Numbered from the stretch's first letter, positions 10,911-21,919 are shown. The stretch is 64,000 bases of DNA from an uncultured Armatimonadetes bacterium (GCA_963716175.1 OY970296.1:3456001-3520000); one strand, 5' to 3'. The notes: generated by a model from the sequence alone, not told the origin. Numbers and translations: made by a program.

Positions 10911-11903
10911 CTACCTTTGGATGCGCAGGCCCGCGCCCTTGATCAGGGCCTCGACTTCGTCCAGGGTGCCCCAGTGGAAGTCGCCGGGGATGGAGTGCTT
11001 GAGCGCGGAGAAGGCGGTGCCGTAGGCTACCCCTTTGGCCATATCGTCCTGCAGGTAGCCCCACAGGAAGCCGGCGGTGAAGGAGTCGCCCGCGCCCAGG
11101 CGGTCCACAATCTCGACCTCGTAGCTCGGGGCCTCGTAGATCCGGTCTCCGGCCAGGGCGAAGGCGGACCAGGTGTTGCGGAGCACGCTGGGGGTTTCCC
11201 GCAAGGTGATGGCGACGGCCTTGAGAGAGAACCGGCGCTGCAGCTCGCGGGCGACCTCGCGGTAGTCCGCGGCCTCGATCTGGTAGACCTTCTTGGTATC
11301 TTCCTCGGTTGTGATGAGAATATCGGCGTGGGCCATGAGCGCGGTCATGACCCGGTTCGCCTCCGCCTCCGACCACAGCTTGGCGCGGTAGTTGACGTCT
11401 ACGCTCACAACGCAGCCGGCCTCCTTCGCAGCCTTCGCCGCCGCCAGGGTGGCCTCCGCACACGAGGAGCTGAGGGCGGGCGTGATGCCGGAGACGTGGA
11501 ACAGGCGCGTCTGCGAGAAGATGGCGAGCCAGTCGAAGTCGCCTGGCCGCAGGGAAGCGATGGCCGCACCGGCGCGGTCGTAGAGCACGGATGAAGCGCG
11601 GGGCTGGGCGCCGAACTCCACGAAATAGAGGCCCATCCTCTCGCCCTTCGTCCAGATCACGCGCGACACGTCCACCCCCTGCTCGCGGGCCTTGTTCGCG
11701 GTCATGCGACCGAGCGGGTTGTCCGGGAGCTTGGAGAGCCAGGCCGTCTTCAAGCCCAGACGCGCCGCAGCCACCGCGACGTTCAGCTCCGCGCCGCCAA
11801 TCCGCAGGTCCAGGGTGGTGGTCTGCTCAAGGCGCTGGAAGCTGGGCGGCGAGAGCCGGATCATGGCTTCGCCGAGGGTGATGAGGTCGAAGGGTCGGGG
11901 CAT
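10911..11903 (-). CDS. PfkB family sugar kinase (2-keto-3-deoxygluconate kinase-like)
   Basis: GGAELNVA, DVNYRAKLW, IVDRLGAGDSFTAG. Confidence 0.88.
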   Translation of the reverse strand: MPRPFDLITLGEAMIRLSPPSFQRLEQTTTLDLRIGGAELNVAVAAARLGLKTAWLSKLPDNPLGRMTANKAREQGVDVSRVIWTKGERMGLYFVEFGAQPRASSVLYDRAGAAIASLRPGDFDWLAIFSQTRLFHVSGITPALSSSCAEATLAAAKAAKEAGCVVSVDVNYRAKLWSEAEANRVMTALMAHADILITTEEDTKKVYQIEAADYREVARELQRRFSLKAVAITLRETPSVLRNTWSAFALAGDRIYEAPSYEVEIVDRLGAGDSFTAGFLWGYLQDDMAKGVAYGTAFSALKHSIPGDFHWGTLDEVEALIKGAGLRIQR

Positions 11904-11982
11904 GGGGGGCGTCCTCCTGAAGGGAGTAGGGCAGGTCCGCGACCTGCCCGGCGGGCATGCAGAGACGTGCCCGCCCTACAAG

Positions 11983-12900
11983 CTACGCCAGCAGGCCGTA
12001 CTTCTCGATGTTCTCGTCGGCGAGTTCCTGGATGCGCGCGATCTGGGCCTTACCGGCTTCCCCCCGGAAGAGGTGGCGGAAGCGGCGCTGCACCTTCAGG
12101 TAGTCCTCCACCGGAACCTGCTTGATCTTGCGCACCCGCACCACTTTACCCAGCTCCCACTCCACTAGCGGGTAGATCCCGGTCTCCACGGCCAACCGGC
12201 CCACCTCGATGCTGGCATTCTCGTCATAGCCCCAGCCGGGAGGGCAGGGGACGTGAATCTGGATGTACTTGGGCCCCCGGGTGTCGAGCGCCCGCTTCAC
12301 CTTGCGCCTGATATCGGCGAAGTAGGACATAGAGGTGGTGGCGACATAAGGGATACCGTGGGCGGCGGCGATGGCGGGCAGATCCTTCTTCGGGCGATCC
12401 TCGCCAAAGGACCGCTTGCCGGCCGGGCTGGTAGTGGTGGAGGCGGCGAACGGGGTGGAGCCGGAGCGCTGCACTCCGGTGTTCATATAGGCCTCATTGT
12501 CCATGCAGACATAGAGCACATCATGGCCCCGCTCGAACATGCCAGAAAGCGCGCCGAAACCGATGTCCAGGGTGGCGCCATCGCCGCCGAAGGCGAGCAC
12601 ACGGATCTGGTCCAACTTGCCCTGCTTGCGCAGGGCGGCCTCGATGCCCGAGGCCACCGCGGGGTGGTTCTCGAACAAAGAGTGAATCCACGGCACTCCC
12701 CAGGCCGACTCCGGGTAGGGGGTGCTGAAGACCTCGAGGCAGCCGGTGGCATTGGCCACGATGCACTGGGGCCCGACGGTCTCCATCACCAGGCGGACAG
12801 CGGAGGCCTGGCCGCAACCGGCGCAGGCGCGATGGCCCGGTAAGAATCCTCTCGCAATGTCGTAATCGAACTCAGCAGCCTGAGCCGTGGTCTCGGCCAT
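11983..12900 (-). CDS. porB: pyruvate:ferredoxin oxidoreductase beta subunit
   Basis: [32 protein letters not shown]-binding motif. Confidence 0.92.
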   Translation of the reverse strand: MAETTAQAAEFDYDIARGFLPGHRACAGCGQASAVRLVMETVGPQCIVANATGCLEVFSTPYPESAWGVPWIHSLFENHPAVASGIEAALRKQGKLDQIRVLAFGGDGATLDIGFGALSGMFERGHDVLYVCMDNEAYMNTGVQRSGSTPFAASTTTSPAGKRSFGEDRPKKDLPAIAAAHGIPYVATTSMSYFADIRRKVKRALDTRGPKYIQIHVPCPPGWGYDENASIEVGRLAVETGIYPLVEWELGKVVRVRKIKQVPVEDYLKVQRRFRHLFRGEAGKAQIARIQELADENIEKYGLLA

Positions 12901-12901
12901 G

Positions 12902-14071
12902 TCAGCTCTCCTCCAGCATCTCGGCGCGCAGGCCGGCGAAGAAGTCAGTCTCGCCGTCCCTGGCGCGCCGCAGCATTTCGTCAATGGTACCCATGGTAAT
13001 GTCACGGCCCCCCAGCCCTGTCACTGCGCAGACCACCGCCGGGGTAATCGCCTGCCCGTAGAGCGCGGCCCGCACCTCGGCCGGGACAATGCCGTAGCCG
13101 CCCATGCTCACCGCTTTCTCCAGCACGATCACATGTCTGGCTTTGGCCAGCGCCTCTCGCAGCTCGTCCTGCGGGAAGGGCCGGTAGCAGCGCAGCTTCA
13201 GCACGCCCACCTTTTCGCCCCGGTCGCGGGCGACATCGGCCCAGTCCTTCAGCGTGCCGACGACTGAGCCCAGGCCGATGAAGATGGTCTCGGCGTCCTC
13301 GCAGCGATAGGCCTCGAGGACGTCTCCCGACCAGCGGCCGAAGGCCTGCTGGAAGCCGCGCGCCACCTCTTTCACCACTTCCTTGGCGGCCAGGCAGTCC
13401 CGCTGCATGGTATAGCGGATCTCGTGATAGAGCTCGGGCCCGGCATAGGCGCCCAGGGTGATAGGGTCGGCCGGGTCGAGCTGGTAGAGCGGGTTATAGC
13501 GGGGCAGGAAAGCATCCACCTGCTCCTGGGTGGGAACGTCCACAGTCTCATAGGTGTGGGTCAAGATGAACCCATCCATGCACACCATCACCGGCAGCAA
13601 CACCCGGTCGTCCTCGGCGATCTTGTAGGCCTGGATGTGCATATCCAGGCACTCCTGGCTGCTCTCGGCATAGAGCTGAATCCAGCCGGTGTCGCGCAGG
13701 GCCAGCGTGTCCTGTTGATCGTTCCAGATGCTGAGGGGGGCGGAGACAGCGCGGTTGACACCGGTGATCACCATGGGCAGGCGCATGCCGGCGATGTTGT
13801 AGAGCACCTCCACCATCAGCAGCATGCCCTGGGAGGTGGTGGCGGAATAAGCGCGGCTGCCCGCGGCCACCGCGCCCAGGCAGACGGAGGCGGCGGAGTG
13901 CTCGCTCTCCACTCGCACGTACTCGGCGTCAATGTCCCCGTCCGCCACCATCTGGGAGAGCTCCTCGACGATATGGGTCTGAGGGGTGATGGGATAGGCG
14001 GAGATCACGTCCGGCCGGCACAGGCCGACGGCTTCGGCGACGGCGCGGGAGCCTTCGATCATCTTGCGCAT
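12902..14071 (-). CDS. porA: pyruvate:ferredoxin oxidoreductase alpha subunit
   Basis: [21 protein letters not shown]. Confidence 0.92.
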   Translation of the reverse strand: MRKMIEGSRAVAEAVGLCRPDVISAYPITPQTHIVEELSQMVADGDIDAEYVRVESEHSAASVCLGAVAAGSRAYSATTSQGMLLMVEVLYNIAGMRLPMVITGVNRAVSAPLSIWNDQQDTLALRDTGWIQLYAESSQECLDMHIQAYKIAEDDRVLLPVMVCMDGFILTHTYETVDVPTQEQVDAFLPRYNPLYQLDPADPITLGAYAGPELYHEIRYTMQRDCLAAKEVVKEVARGFQQAFGRWSGDVLEAYRCEDAETIFIGLGSVVGTLKDWADVARDRGEKVGVLKLRCYRPFPQDELREALAKARHVIVLEKAVSMGGYGIVPAEVRAALYGQAITPAVVCAVTGLGGRDITMGTIDEMLRRARDGETDFFAGLRAEMLEES

Positions 14072-14126
14072 TGGTGATGGTCCTCGCTGTAACTCGTGCT
14101 TGCGGCGGTCCAGTGGTTCCGCCGCA

Positions 14127-14411
14127 CTATCGGTGCTCCTCGACCATGGTGATGGCATGGGCCGGACAGACCGCGGCGCAGAGGCCACAGCCCTTGCAGA
14201 ACTCCATGTCGGCCTCGTACTGCTTCTTCTCGAGGTGACGGATGCAGCCCTCGGGGCAGATGGTTTCGCAGGTGTTGCAGCCGGTGCATTTGGCGCAGTC
14301 GAAGACCGGGGTGAGAATGCCCCAGGAACCGGTCTTGTTGCGGAGAGAGGAGCCGGGGCGAGTGACGATGCCCAGGGGCGGCTTCCTCCGTGGCTTGCTC
14401 GGTGCGCTCAT
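14127..14411 (-). CDS. porD: pyruvate:ferredoxin oxidoreductase delta subunit (2x[4Fe-4S])
   Basis: NKTGSW, CTGCNTCETICP, CKGCGLCAAVCP. Confidence 0.9.
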   Translation of the reverse strand: MSAPSKPRRKPPLGIVTRPGSSLRNKTGSWGILTPVFDCAKCTGCNTCETICPEGCIRHLEKKQYEADMEFCKGCGLCAAVCPAHAITMVEEHR

Positions 14412-14956
14412 TTAGTCTGCTCCTTGATGGCCTCATAGGCACGCCGGGCGGCCTTGATATTCCTGTCCCCCAGCTCACCGGGGAAGCGATGGCGAATGCT
14501 GCGCTCGATGGCCTCGAAGCTGATCATGCCCGAGAGCCCGGAGAAGGCGCCCAGGATGGCGGTGTTCATGATGGGCCGGCCCAGCTCCTCCATGGCGATC
14601 TTGGTGGCCGGGAAGGTGATGACACGGGCGGAGGTGTCGAGGTTGAGGTCGGCAGCGGGATGCTCGGAGTTGATGAGCACGGTCCCATCGGGCTTCAGCC
14701 CGGAGAGCACATCTACAGCTTCAAGCAAGGTCGGGTCTTGCACCACCACGTAATCGGGCTGGTAGATCTGGCTGCGGATGCGGACGGGCTGGTCGCTGAT
14801 ACGGCAGAATGCCACCACCGGGGCCCCGCGGCGCTCGACCCCGAAGGCGGGGAAGGCCTGGGCCTCCCGGCCGTCGTCGAAGGCGGCAACCGCGAGCAGC
14901 TCGGCCGCTGTCACCGTCCCTTGCCCTCCTCGTCCGTGCAGTCTAATCTCGATCAT
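14408..14956 (-). CDS. porG: pyruvate:ferredoxin oxidoreductase gamma subunit
   Basis: EIRLHGRGGQG, FGVERRGAPV, NTAILGA. Confidence 0.92.
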   Translation of the reverse strand: MIEIRLHGRGGQGTVTAAELLAVAAFDDGREAQAFPAFGVERRGAPVVAFCRISDQPVRIRSQIYQPDYVVVQDPTLLEAVDVLSGLKPDGTVLINSEHPAADLNLDTSARVITFPATKIAMEELGRPIMNTAILGAFSGLSGMISFEAIERSIRHRFPGELGDRNIKAARRAYEAIKEQTK

Positions 14957-14988
14957 GTAGTTCTCCTGATCTCGCCCTGACCAACTAG

Positions 14989-15071
14989 CCGCCGATGAAC
15001 GCCGATAAACGCAGATAGTTTCCTAGCCCGCCTCCGGCGGGTAATCGGTGTTCATCTGCGTTCATCCGCGG
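14989..15071. repeat. REP-like inverted repeat (CCGCCGATGAACGCCGATAAACGCAGAT...ATCTGCGTTCATC)
   Basis: inverted repeat made of GATRAACGC units. Confidence 0.6.
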
Positions 15072-15304
15072 ATAGTGTGCCTAGCGATGTCCCTCCCCTA
15101 CACGCGCCCACAGGCGGGGATAGGGACCCCGCCCGCGGGGGCACACGCAACCCCAACGATCTACCCAAGCCTGCAAGGCCAGGCCCAGCCGTGACAGTTC
15201 CACTGGCCGGCCCGAAGTCCCTCTTGGGGATCGTCCCGAGGACGGGGCTCCCACGCGTGCCCAGAGCGCGGCGGGACTATGGGGGAGGAGACTTCGCTCC
15301 TGCA

Positions 15305-16735
15305 CTACGGACTCTTCTGCTGCAGATACGCGTGTATCGCCCGTGCCGCGCGCTTGGCGTCGCCCATGGCGGCGATCACGGTGCCGGCGTCATTGGCGAT
15401 GTCGCCGCCGGCGAAGACGCCCGGCAGGCTGGTCGCGCCGGTCTCCGGGTCCACGATGAACTTCCCCCACTGGTTCGTCTTCAGCCGCGGCTCGCGCCGC
15501 GCCAGCAGCGGGTTGGGGGCCTGGCTGACCGCCACCACCACGGTGTCGGCTGGGATCACGAACTCGCTGTGGGGCACCGGCACGGGCCGGCGGCGCCCGC
15601 TCTCGTCCGGCTCACCCAGCTCGGAGCGCTGGCATTCCAGCCCGGTCACGTGGCCCTTCTCGTCCCCGAGCATGCGCAGGGGGATGGTCAGCTCCATCAG
15701 GGCCACCCCTTCGTCGAGCGCGTTCTCCACCTCCTCTTTGCGGGCCGGCATCTCGGCGCGGGTGCGCCGATAGACCAGCGTGGACTGCGCCCCCAGGCGG
15801 AGCGCGCTGCGGGCCGAGTCCATGGCGACATTCCCGCCGCCGATGACGATGGCTTTCCTGCCGACCTTGATGGGCGTGCGGTACTCCGGGAACTTGTAGG
15901 CCTTCATCAGGTTGATGCGGGTCAGGAACTCATTGGCGGAATAGACGCCGCCCAGGTTCTCGCCGGGGATGTGAAGGAAGTAGGGGAGGCCGGCGCCGGC
16001 CGCCACGAACACGGCCTCGAACCCCTCTTCGTGGAACAGCTCGTCGAGGGTGATGGTATTGCCCACCAGCACGTTGGTCTCGATCTCCACCCCGAGCCGT
16101 CTCACGTACTCCACCTCGCGGTCGAGGATGGCGCGGGGCAGACGGAACTCGGGAATCCCGTAGCGCAGCACGCCTCCGGGAGCGTGCAGTGACTCGAACA
16201 GCGTGACCCGGTAGCCGAAGCGGGCGAGGTCGGCGGCGGCAGTGAGCCCACCGGGGCCGGACCCGATGACCGCTACTTTGGGTGCGCGGGGCTCCGGCAC
16301 GTGAGGCGGCGGAAGGGGGAGATGGCCTATCTCCCAATCGGCGACGAATCGCTCCAGGGCGCCGATGGCGACCGGCTCGCCCTTTCGCCCCAGGACGCAG
16401 GCGGCCTCGCACTGGGTCTCCTGGGGGCACACCCGGCCGCAGATGGCGGGAAGCGCGTTCTTCTCCTTCAGCACCCGCACCGCCTCCTCGAACCGCTCCT
16501 CGGCCAGGGCGTTGATGAAACCAGGGATGTCAATCTCCACCGGGCAGCCGGGCACACAGCTGGGCCGCTTGCACTGGAGGCAGCGCCTGGCCTCCGACAG
16601 CGCCGCGTCCAGCGCGAACCCCAGCGCGACTTCCTCGAAGTCCCGGGCGCGCGTGCCCGGGTCGCGGCGAGGCAAGGGCTGGCGCGGTGCCTTCGTCGGC
16701 TTCTTGCGAGTGGGGGTTTCGCGGCTCGCGGTCAT
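15305..16735 (-). CDS. NADPH-dependent oxidoreductase large subunit (NfnB/SudA, GltD-like)
   Basis: RCLQC, CGRVCPQETQCE, GSGPGG, YGIPEFRLP, GGGNVAMD, GGDI. Confidence 0.9.
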   Translation of the reverse strand: MTASRETPTRKKPTKAPRQPLPRRDPGTRARDFEEVALGFALDAALSEARRCLQCKRPSCVPGCPVEIDIPGFINALAEERFEEAVRVLKEKNALPAICGRVCPQETQCEAACVLGRKGEPVAIGALERFVADWEIGHLPLPPPHVPEPRAPKVAVIGSGPGGLTAAADLARFGYRVTLFESLHAPGGVLRYGIPEFRLPRAILDREVEYVRRLGVEIETNVLVGNTITLDELFHEEGFEAVFVAAGAGLPYFLHIPGENLGGVYSANEFLTRINLMKAYKFPEYRTPIKVGRKAIVIGGGNVAMDSARSALRLGAQSTLVYRRTRAEMPARKEEVENALDEGVALMELTIPLRMLGDEKGHVTGLECQRSELGEPDESGRRRPVPVPHSEFVIPADTVVVAVSQAPNPLLARREPRLKTNQWGKFIVDPETGATSLPGVFAGGDIANDAGTVIAAMGDAKRAARAIHAYLQQKSP

Positions 16736-17598
16736 GGCTTCTCGGGCTTCCCTCCACTCGCCTCCTGCTTGAGGGCCGCGAGCTGCGGGTCCAGCAGGCA
16801 CTGCTCCTCGTCGAAGAAGGCGCGCTTGCGCTTGGCGAGTTCGTCGAAGTCAACCAGGTGGCCATCGAACTCCGGGCCATCCACACAGGCGAACTTGACC
16901 TCCCCCCCGACGGTGACGCGGCAGCCTCCGCACATCCCCGTGCCGTCCACCATGATGGGATCCAGACTCACCAGGGTGGGCAGCCTGTACTCCTTGGTGA
17001 GGGCGCTGGTGGCTCGCATCATGGGGAGAGGGCCGATGGCGATGCAGTAGTCGAGATGCTCTCCCCGTTCGAGCAGGCCCCGCAGCACATCGGTCACCAG
17101 GCCGTGATGCCCGAGAGAGCCGTCGTCGGTGGCGATGTGTAGCTGGCTGCTCAGCGCGCGGATCTCCTCCACGAAGAAGAGCAGATCCCGGCTGCGCGCG
17201 CCGAGGATGGAGATGATCTCGTTCCCGGCCTCCCTGAAGGCCTTGACCTCGGGGTAGATGAGCGCGATCCCCACCCCGCCGGCGACGCAGGCGACGCGGC
17301 CGTATCGCCTCACCTCCGTCGCCTGGCCCAAAGGCCCAAGGATGTCGGTGACGGTCTGACCGACCTCCATCTCAGCCAGGCGACGCGTGGAGTAGCCGGC
17401 GGCCTGAATGACGGTGGTGATCGTGCCCCGCTCGGGGTCATGGTCAGCGACCGTGAGCGGCATCCGCTCGTCTTCTTCCCCGATGCGGAGGATGATGAAC
17501 TGGCCGGCTCTGACCTTGCGGGCCACGCGCGGCGCTCGCATCTCCAACAGCGTCACCGTGGGCGCCAATGCGCGCTTGGATACGATCTCGAAAGCCAT
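16732..17598 (-). CDS. FAD/NAD-binding 2Fe-2S subunit (NfnA/SudB, PyrK-like)
   Basis: GQFIILR, GPLG, MVDGTGMCGGCRV, CVDGPEF; overlaps the downstream NfnB-like gene. Confidence 0.9.
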   Translation of the reverse strand: MAFEIVSKRALAPTVTLLEMRAPRVARKVRAGQFIILRIGEEDERMPLTVADHDPERGTITTVIQAAGYSTRRLAEMEVGQTVTDILGPLGQATEVRRYGRVACVAGGVGIALIYPEVKAFREAGNEIISILGARSRDLLFFVEEIRALSSQLHIATDDGSLGHHGLVTDVLRGLLERGEHLDYCIAIGPLPMMRATSALTKEYRLPTLVSLDPIMVDGTGMCGGCRVTVGGEVKFACVDGPEFDGHLVDFDELAKRKRAFFDEEQCLLDPQLAALKQEASGGKPEKP

Positions 17599-17736
17599 GG
17601 GCTGCTGCGACCCTCTGGTTTATGATACCCAGTCCCGGCCGGTGCGCGAACCCACTCGGGAGCCCCATCGGGGCTCCCCGGCGGAACGCAAGGCCAGTGA
17701 ATTCGCAGCAGAAAGGCGAGTCTCCTTCTTCCACTC

Positions 17737-17840
17737 CCGATGGCGTTCGCACGAGGAAGTAATGTGCGAACGCCGCTCTCGGCCCGTCTGAGCAGTTGCC
17801 CGAGCTTCGCCCCGTTACTTCCTTGAGCGAAGCTCAGTAG
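17737..17840 (+). mobile_element. MITE family A copy (104 bp)
   Basis: close match to 21366-21469. Confidence 0.75.
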
Positions 17841-17847
17841 TGCGCAG

Positions 17848-18858
17848 CTAGCGCCAGCGCGCGGCCAGGCTCAGGCCGTAGAGAGACTGGGCCACCAGGT
17901 TCTCACCGATCTCCACGGCAACGTGTTCGCCACACATGTTGTGCCCGGCCGCCTGGCCGTGCGCGCTGGCCCGGATCCAGCCATAGCCGTGCGCTCGCTG
18001 TTCGGTGCCGCTGGCCTGAATCTCGGCCACGTCGCCCGCCGCCCAGATCATCTCATCGGTGGTGCGCAGGTGCTCATCGGTGACGACGCCGGCTTCCACG
18101 GCGATTCCCGATCCACTCAGCAGGTTCGTCTCTCCGCGCTGGCCACCCGCGAAGCCGACGATCTCGGCCGGCAGCTCATGGCCCTCCCGCGTCTTGACGG
18201 CCCGCACCCGCCCGGCTCGCCCCACCAGCTCGACGGCCCTGTCCAGCACTAGCACTTTCACACCGTGCTCGGCCAGGATCCGCTCCATGGTCTGCTCGTC
18301 GGTCTGGAAGAGGGGGAGGAACCAAGGGGTGTCATCGGGCACCACGAGCGTTACTTCCAGCCCGCGCAGGCGCAATGCTCGGACCAGCTCGAGCGCTTGC
18401 AGGCCCTGGCCGACGACCACGGCCCGCTTTGCCTGCTCAGCCCAGGCCTTGACCTTCACCGCGTCGGCATAGGCGCTGAAGGTTGTCACCCCCTCCAAGT
18501 CGGCGCCCGGGATCTCCGGCAGCACCGGCCTGGCCCCGGTGGCGATGAGCAGCAGATCATAGGGCACCTCTTCTCTGCTGCTCAGCGAGACAGTTCGTTC
18601 TCGACGGTAGTTCAGCCCCACGGCCTGGCGGCCGAGCATGAGGCTGATGTTCTTGGCGGCGGCCGTGGCTTCGAACTCCAGCCATATGTCCTGATCCTGG
18701 ATGCGGCCGGCCACGAGATCGGCAAGCAAGGGCCGCAGGTAGAAAGGCCGATCTTCCTCGGCGATGAGAGTGATGGGGTCGTCGCGGCGGAGGCCGCGAA
18801 TGGTTTCGGCGGCCTGCATGGCGGCAATGCCGCCCCCGACTATCAGGTAGCGCTGCAT
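17848..18858 (-). CDS. FAD-dependent pyridine nucleotide oxidoreductase (rubredoxin/nitrite-reductase-like)
   Basis: YLIVGGGIAA, LLIATGA, IWAAGDVAE. Confidence 0.8.
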   Translation of the reverse strand: MQRYLIVGGGIAAMQAAETIRGLRRDDPITLIAEEDRPFYLRPLLADLVAGRIQDQDIWLEFEATAAAKNISLMLGRQAVGLNYRRERTVSLSSREEVPYDLLLIATGARPVLPEIPGADLEGVTTFSAYADAVKVKAWAEQAKRAVVVGQGLQALELVRALRLRGLEVTLVVPDDTPWFLPLFQTDEQTMERILAEHGVKVLVLDRAVELVGRAGRVRAVKTREGHELPAEIVGFAGGQRGETNLLSGSGIAVEAGVVTDEHLRTTDEMIWAAGDVAEIQASGTEQRAHGYGWIRASAHGQAAGHNMCGEHVAVEIGENLVAQSLYGLSLAARWR

Positions 18859-19150
18859 CGAGTTCCCTCCCTTGGCCCCCTGGGCCTGATGGGCATCAGG
18901 TCGCCTGATTCGGGCCCTGCCCAGCCCCTCCTGCTGGGCGCGCGTTGGCGATGGTGCGACAGCCGCACGCGTGGTGCGATGAGCGTCCCATGGCAGGCAG
19001 AAATGACGTCCAGGGGCACTCTTCTGGGCCGCCATTCCTAGGCCGGCCCCGTATGTGCCACCGCTGGCACTGCCGGTGGGCAGGAGACGGGACCGGTAGT
19101 GAGAAGGTTTAGGGCGATAGGCTCAGAGGGTAGCGGGAGGGTAGCACTCA

Positions 19151-19887
19151 ATGAGTCCATCGTCTGCCAGACACTTCTCGCGCGCGGCCCTGATGGTCGC
19201 GCTCAGCGGGCTATTTACGTCGGCCTACGCCGGCGCGCCGGATTTCGGGCGGGAACGGGCGGCTCTGGTGCGCCGGCTGCAGAGGCCACACGCCGGCAAT
19301 CCGCGGATCACCAATCAGCGCGTGCTGAGCGCGATCAGCAGGGTGCCCCGGCACCTGTTCGTGGAGCCAGAGCTGCGGGGCGCGCGTATAACGATGAGGA
19401 CATCCCGGTGGGCTCGGGCCAGGTGATGTGCAGCCCCTATGCGGTGGCGCTGATGGCGCAGATGCTCGACCCACACCCAGGGGCGAGGCTGCTCGAGGTG
19501 GGGACAGGGCCGGGGTACTTGACCGCGGTGCTGGCGAGCATCACCCCCCAGGTCTACAGCATTGACCTGAGGCCGGAGCTGGCCAAGGCGGCGGAGGCGC
19601 GGCTGCGCGCCCTGCATTACTCCTCTGTTCGCACCCGGATCGGCAAGGGATGCCAGGGCTGGGCGGAAAACGGGCCCTTCGATGGCATCGTGGTCACCTG
19701 CGCCGCGCAAGAGGTGCCTGAAGCGTTGATCGCGCAGCTCCGGGAGGGAGGCCGCCTGGTGATCCCGATCGGTCACGGGCCGGAGCAGACGCTGAGCTGT
19801 CTGCGCAAGAGCGGCGGGAAGCTGCACGCCTCCGGGACCGTGATGAGGCTTCGGGTGAGCCCCATGCTGTGCCAGGGCGGGCGATGA
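19151..19887 (+). CDS. pcm: protein-L-isoaspartate O-methyltransferase; one frameshift near 19380 (probable sequencing error)
   Basis: VLSAISRVPRHLFV in one frame; AYND..IPVGSGQ, LLEVGTGPGY, PFDGIVVT, GGRLVIP in another. Confidence 0.8.
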
Positions 19888-19912
19888 GGGTGCCGGGGGG
19901 CGGCTGCCGCCA

Positions 19913-20791
19913 ATGAACCAGGTTGATCTGTTCGTGTTCGCGGTGGTGGCTGCGTTCTCCCTCTCCGGATACCGTCGTGGGCTGATCTCCTCGGCCGGTG
20001 ACATCATCGCCATCGGGCTGGCGCTGGCCGTGGGATCGGTCGCCTATCCGCCGGCGGCGACAGCCCTGGGCCGGCTCTTCGGTCTGCCCGCGAATGTCTC
20101 AGGGCCCCTGGGGTATCTGGCGGTGGCGGTGGCGGTCGCGCTGGCGACGAGCTGGGGGTGTTCGGCGCTGGCCGCGCGCTTCGAGCCGCCCCGGCGCGTG
20201 AGCCGTGCCGGCGGGGCGGCCTTCGGGGCCGTGCTGGGAATGGTCCTGGCCGGGGTGCTGGTGATGGCCTCCGGCATGGTCCCAAGCCTCGCGGCGCCGG
20301 TGGAGCGATCGGCGCTGGGTCGCAGCCTGGTGCAAGTGGTGCCGCGGCTGCACGAGGGGATGGAATCCATCGGCCTGCCTCTTCCCAAGCTGGTTCAGTT
20401 GCCTACCGACTACCGGGAAGAGGTGCAGGGGATGCGTCAGGGCCTCCAGTTCATGCGGATCAACTTCACGCGTCTGGACGGCGCCACCTGCATCCACTGC
20501 CGTACGCCGGTGGTTTTCGAGGGCTATCGCTTCTCCCGCGGCACGCTGATGTCTCCCAAGTTCCGCTGTCCCAAGTGCGGCCGCACGAGTGATGGCTGCC
20601 AGACCTTTGAGGGGTTCCACGCCATCTACGGCAAGTGCCCGGTGGAGCTGGCCGAGCAGGGGGTCGAGTTCGACTGCGGGGTCTGGACTAACGGGTGGCT
20701 GACCGTGCCCCATGGCCGGTGCCCGGTCTGCGGCCGGGAGCTCAAAGGCGCGGAGGCGGCCCAGACCCACCCTACCGCCGGCTTGCGATGA
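19913..20791 (+). CDS. CvpA family membrane protein with C-terminal Cys-rich (multi-CxxC) domain
   Basis: DLFV..GYRRGLI, 4 TMs, RAGGAAFG; then CIHC, CPKC, CPVC. Confidence 0.8.
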   Translation: MNQVDLFVFAVVAAFSLSGYRRGLISSAGDIIAIGLALAVGSVAYPPAATALGRLFGLPANVSGPLGYLAVAVAVALATSWGCSALAARFEPPRRVSRAGGAAFGAVLGMVLAGVLVMASGMVPSLAAPVERSALGRSLVQVVPRLHEGMESIGLPLPKLVQLPTDYREEVQGMRQGLQFMRINFTRLDGATCIHCRTPVVFEGYRFSRGTLMSPKFRCPKCGRTSDGCQTFEGFHAIYGKCPVELAEQGVEFDCGVWTNGWLTVPHGRCPVCGRELKGAEAAQTHPTAGLR

Positions 20792-21245
20792 GCTGTCGCC
20801 AGTCGAAGATCCCGGTGGCGGTGCACCACTCTGGAAAGGTAGCGCGCTTCTCCCTGGCATAGGCCTGGATCAGCTCCAGTCCACCCCGGAGCTGCTCCAA
20901 GGAACGACCAATAGGGCAAGGCAGCCATTCCACCCGGCCGAAGAGCCGGCAGATGAGGGGCCGCACCGGGTAGATGAGGCATCCGCGGCGGGAAACATCA
21001 TGGAAGAGACAGGCCTCGGCCTGGATCTCCTCGAACCAGAAGATAGTCTTCTCCTGCTCCAGTATCCGAACCACCTGGTCTCGATTGGCCTTCCCCAGGT
21101 AGGCGACGATGCTCTCGAACTCGCGCTGGCACATTTGAACCCCTGCGGTGCACCGCAGCCCGCACTCGTGGCAGCCATCGCAAGGGTTCGTGCCCTCGCC
21201 GGGGTGCGCCCGTGGTCCCGGATCGGTCCAGTCGGCCATGATCAT
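20772..21245 (-). CDS. YkgJ/CxxCxxCC family cysteine-cluster protein
   Basis: CDGCHECGLRC ... CLF...CLIYPVRPLICRLFG. Confidence 0.8.
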   Translation of the reverse strand: MIMADWTDPGPRAHPGEGTNPCDGCHECGLRCTAGVQMCQREFESIVAYLGKANRDQVVRILEQEKTIFWFEEIQAEACLFHDVSRRGCLIYPVRPLICRLFGRVEWLPCPIGRSLEQLRGGLELIQAYAREKRATFPEWCTATGIFDWRQLIASRR

Positions 21246-21365
21246 CGCCACTCCAATATATACCCCCTTGGGGGAGGGAGCAAGGGGAGTGGGATGAAGG
21301 TGGGATGCCTGGCGCATTCGAGGGGGGAAAGAGGACCCTCCCCCCTCGAATCTTCCCCCACCCCT

Positions 21366-21469
21366 CTAATGATGTTCGCACAACGAAGTAATGTGCGAAC
21401 ATCGCTCTGGGCCCGTCTGAGCAGTTGCCTGAGCTTCGCCCCCTTGTTTCTTTGGGCGAAGCTCAGTAG
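21366..21469 (+). mobile_element. MITE family A copy (104 bp)
   Basis: ends CTAATGATGTTCGCACA / TGGGCGAAGCTCAGTAG form imperfect terminal inverted repeats. Confidence 0.75.
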
Positions 21470-21558
21470 ACGGATGGGAGCTCAGACGCGAGGGCCCTGT
21501 TGGCTCTTGTCGCGGAGGGAGGGCTTATGCTAGAATGGCCGCGGTTGGAGACCGGCGA

Positions 21559-21801
21559 ATGCTAATAGTGCTGGTAGTGCTGCAGGTGATCTGTGCCGTC
21601 GGGCTGATCGCGCTCACCGCCGTGACTACTACCAAGAGCGAGCAGGGGGGCTCCGGGCTGGGCGGCTGGGGCACCATCGGGGGCAAGAGCTCGTCCACCA
21701 TCGCGGGCCTGGAGGATCAGCTAGGCCGTCTGACCATGTATGTGGCCATCGCCTTTCTCATCGTCTCTACGCTGGTGGGGATGGTGGCGATGCGGTCCTA
21801 G
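21559..21801 (+). CDS. secG: preprotein translocase subunit SecG
   Basis: two TMs with Gly-rich linker; directly upstream of tRNA-Leu(GAG), a conserved synteny. Confidence 0.8.
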   Translation: MLIVLVVLQVICAVGLIALTAVTTTKSEQGGSGLGGWGTIGGKSSSTIAGLEDQLGRLTMYVAIAFLIVSTLVGMVAMRS

Positions 21802-21832
21802 CTTCGCTCCGGGTTGACCGCTAAGGTCGTGT

Positions 21833-21919
21833 GCCCAGGTGGCGGAATTGGTAGACGCGCTGGCTTGAGGGGCCAGTGGCCGCAAGGCCATGCTGGTTCA
21901 AATCCAGTCCTGGGCACCA
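21833..21919 (+). tRNA. tRNA-Leu(GAG)
   Basis: GCCCAGG/CCTGGGC acceptor stem, anticodon loop TTGAGGG, long variable arm, TTCAAAT T-loop, CCA end. Confidence 0.95.
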
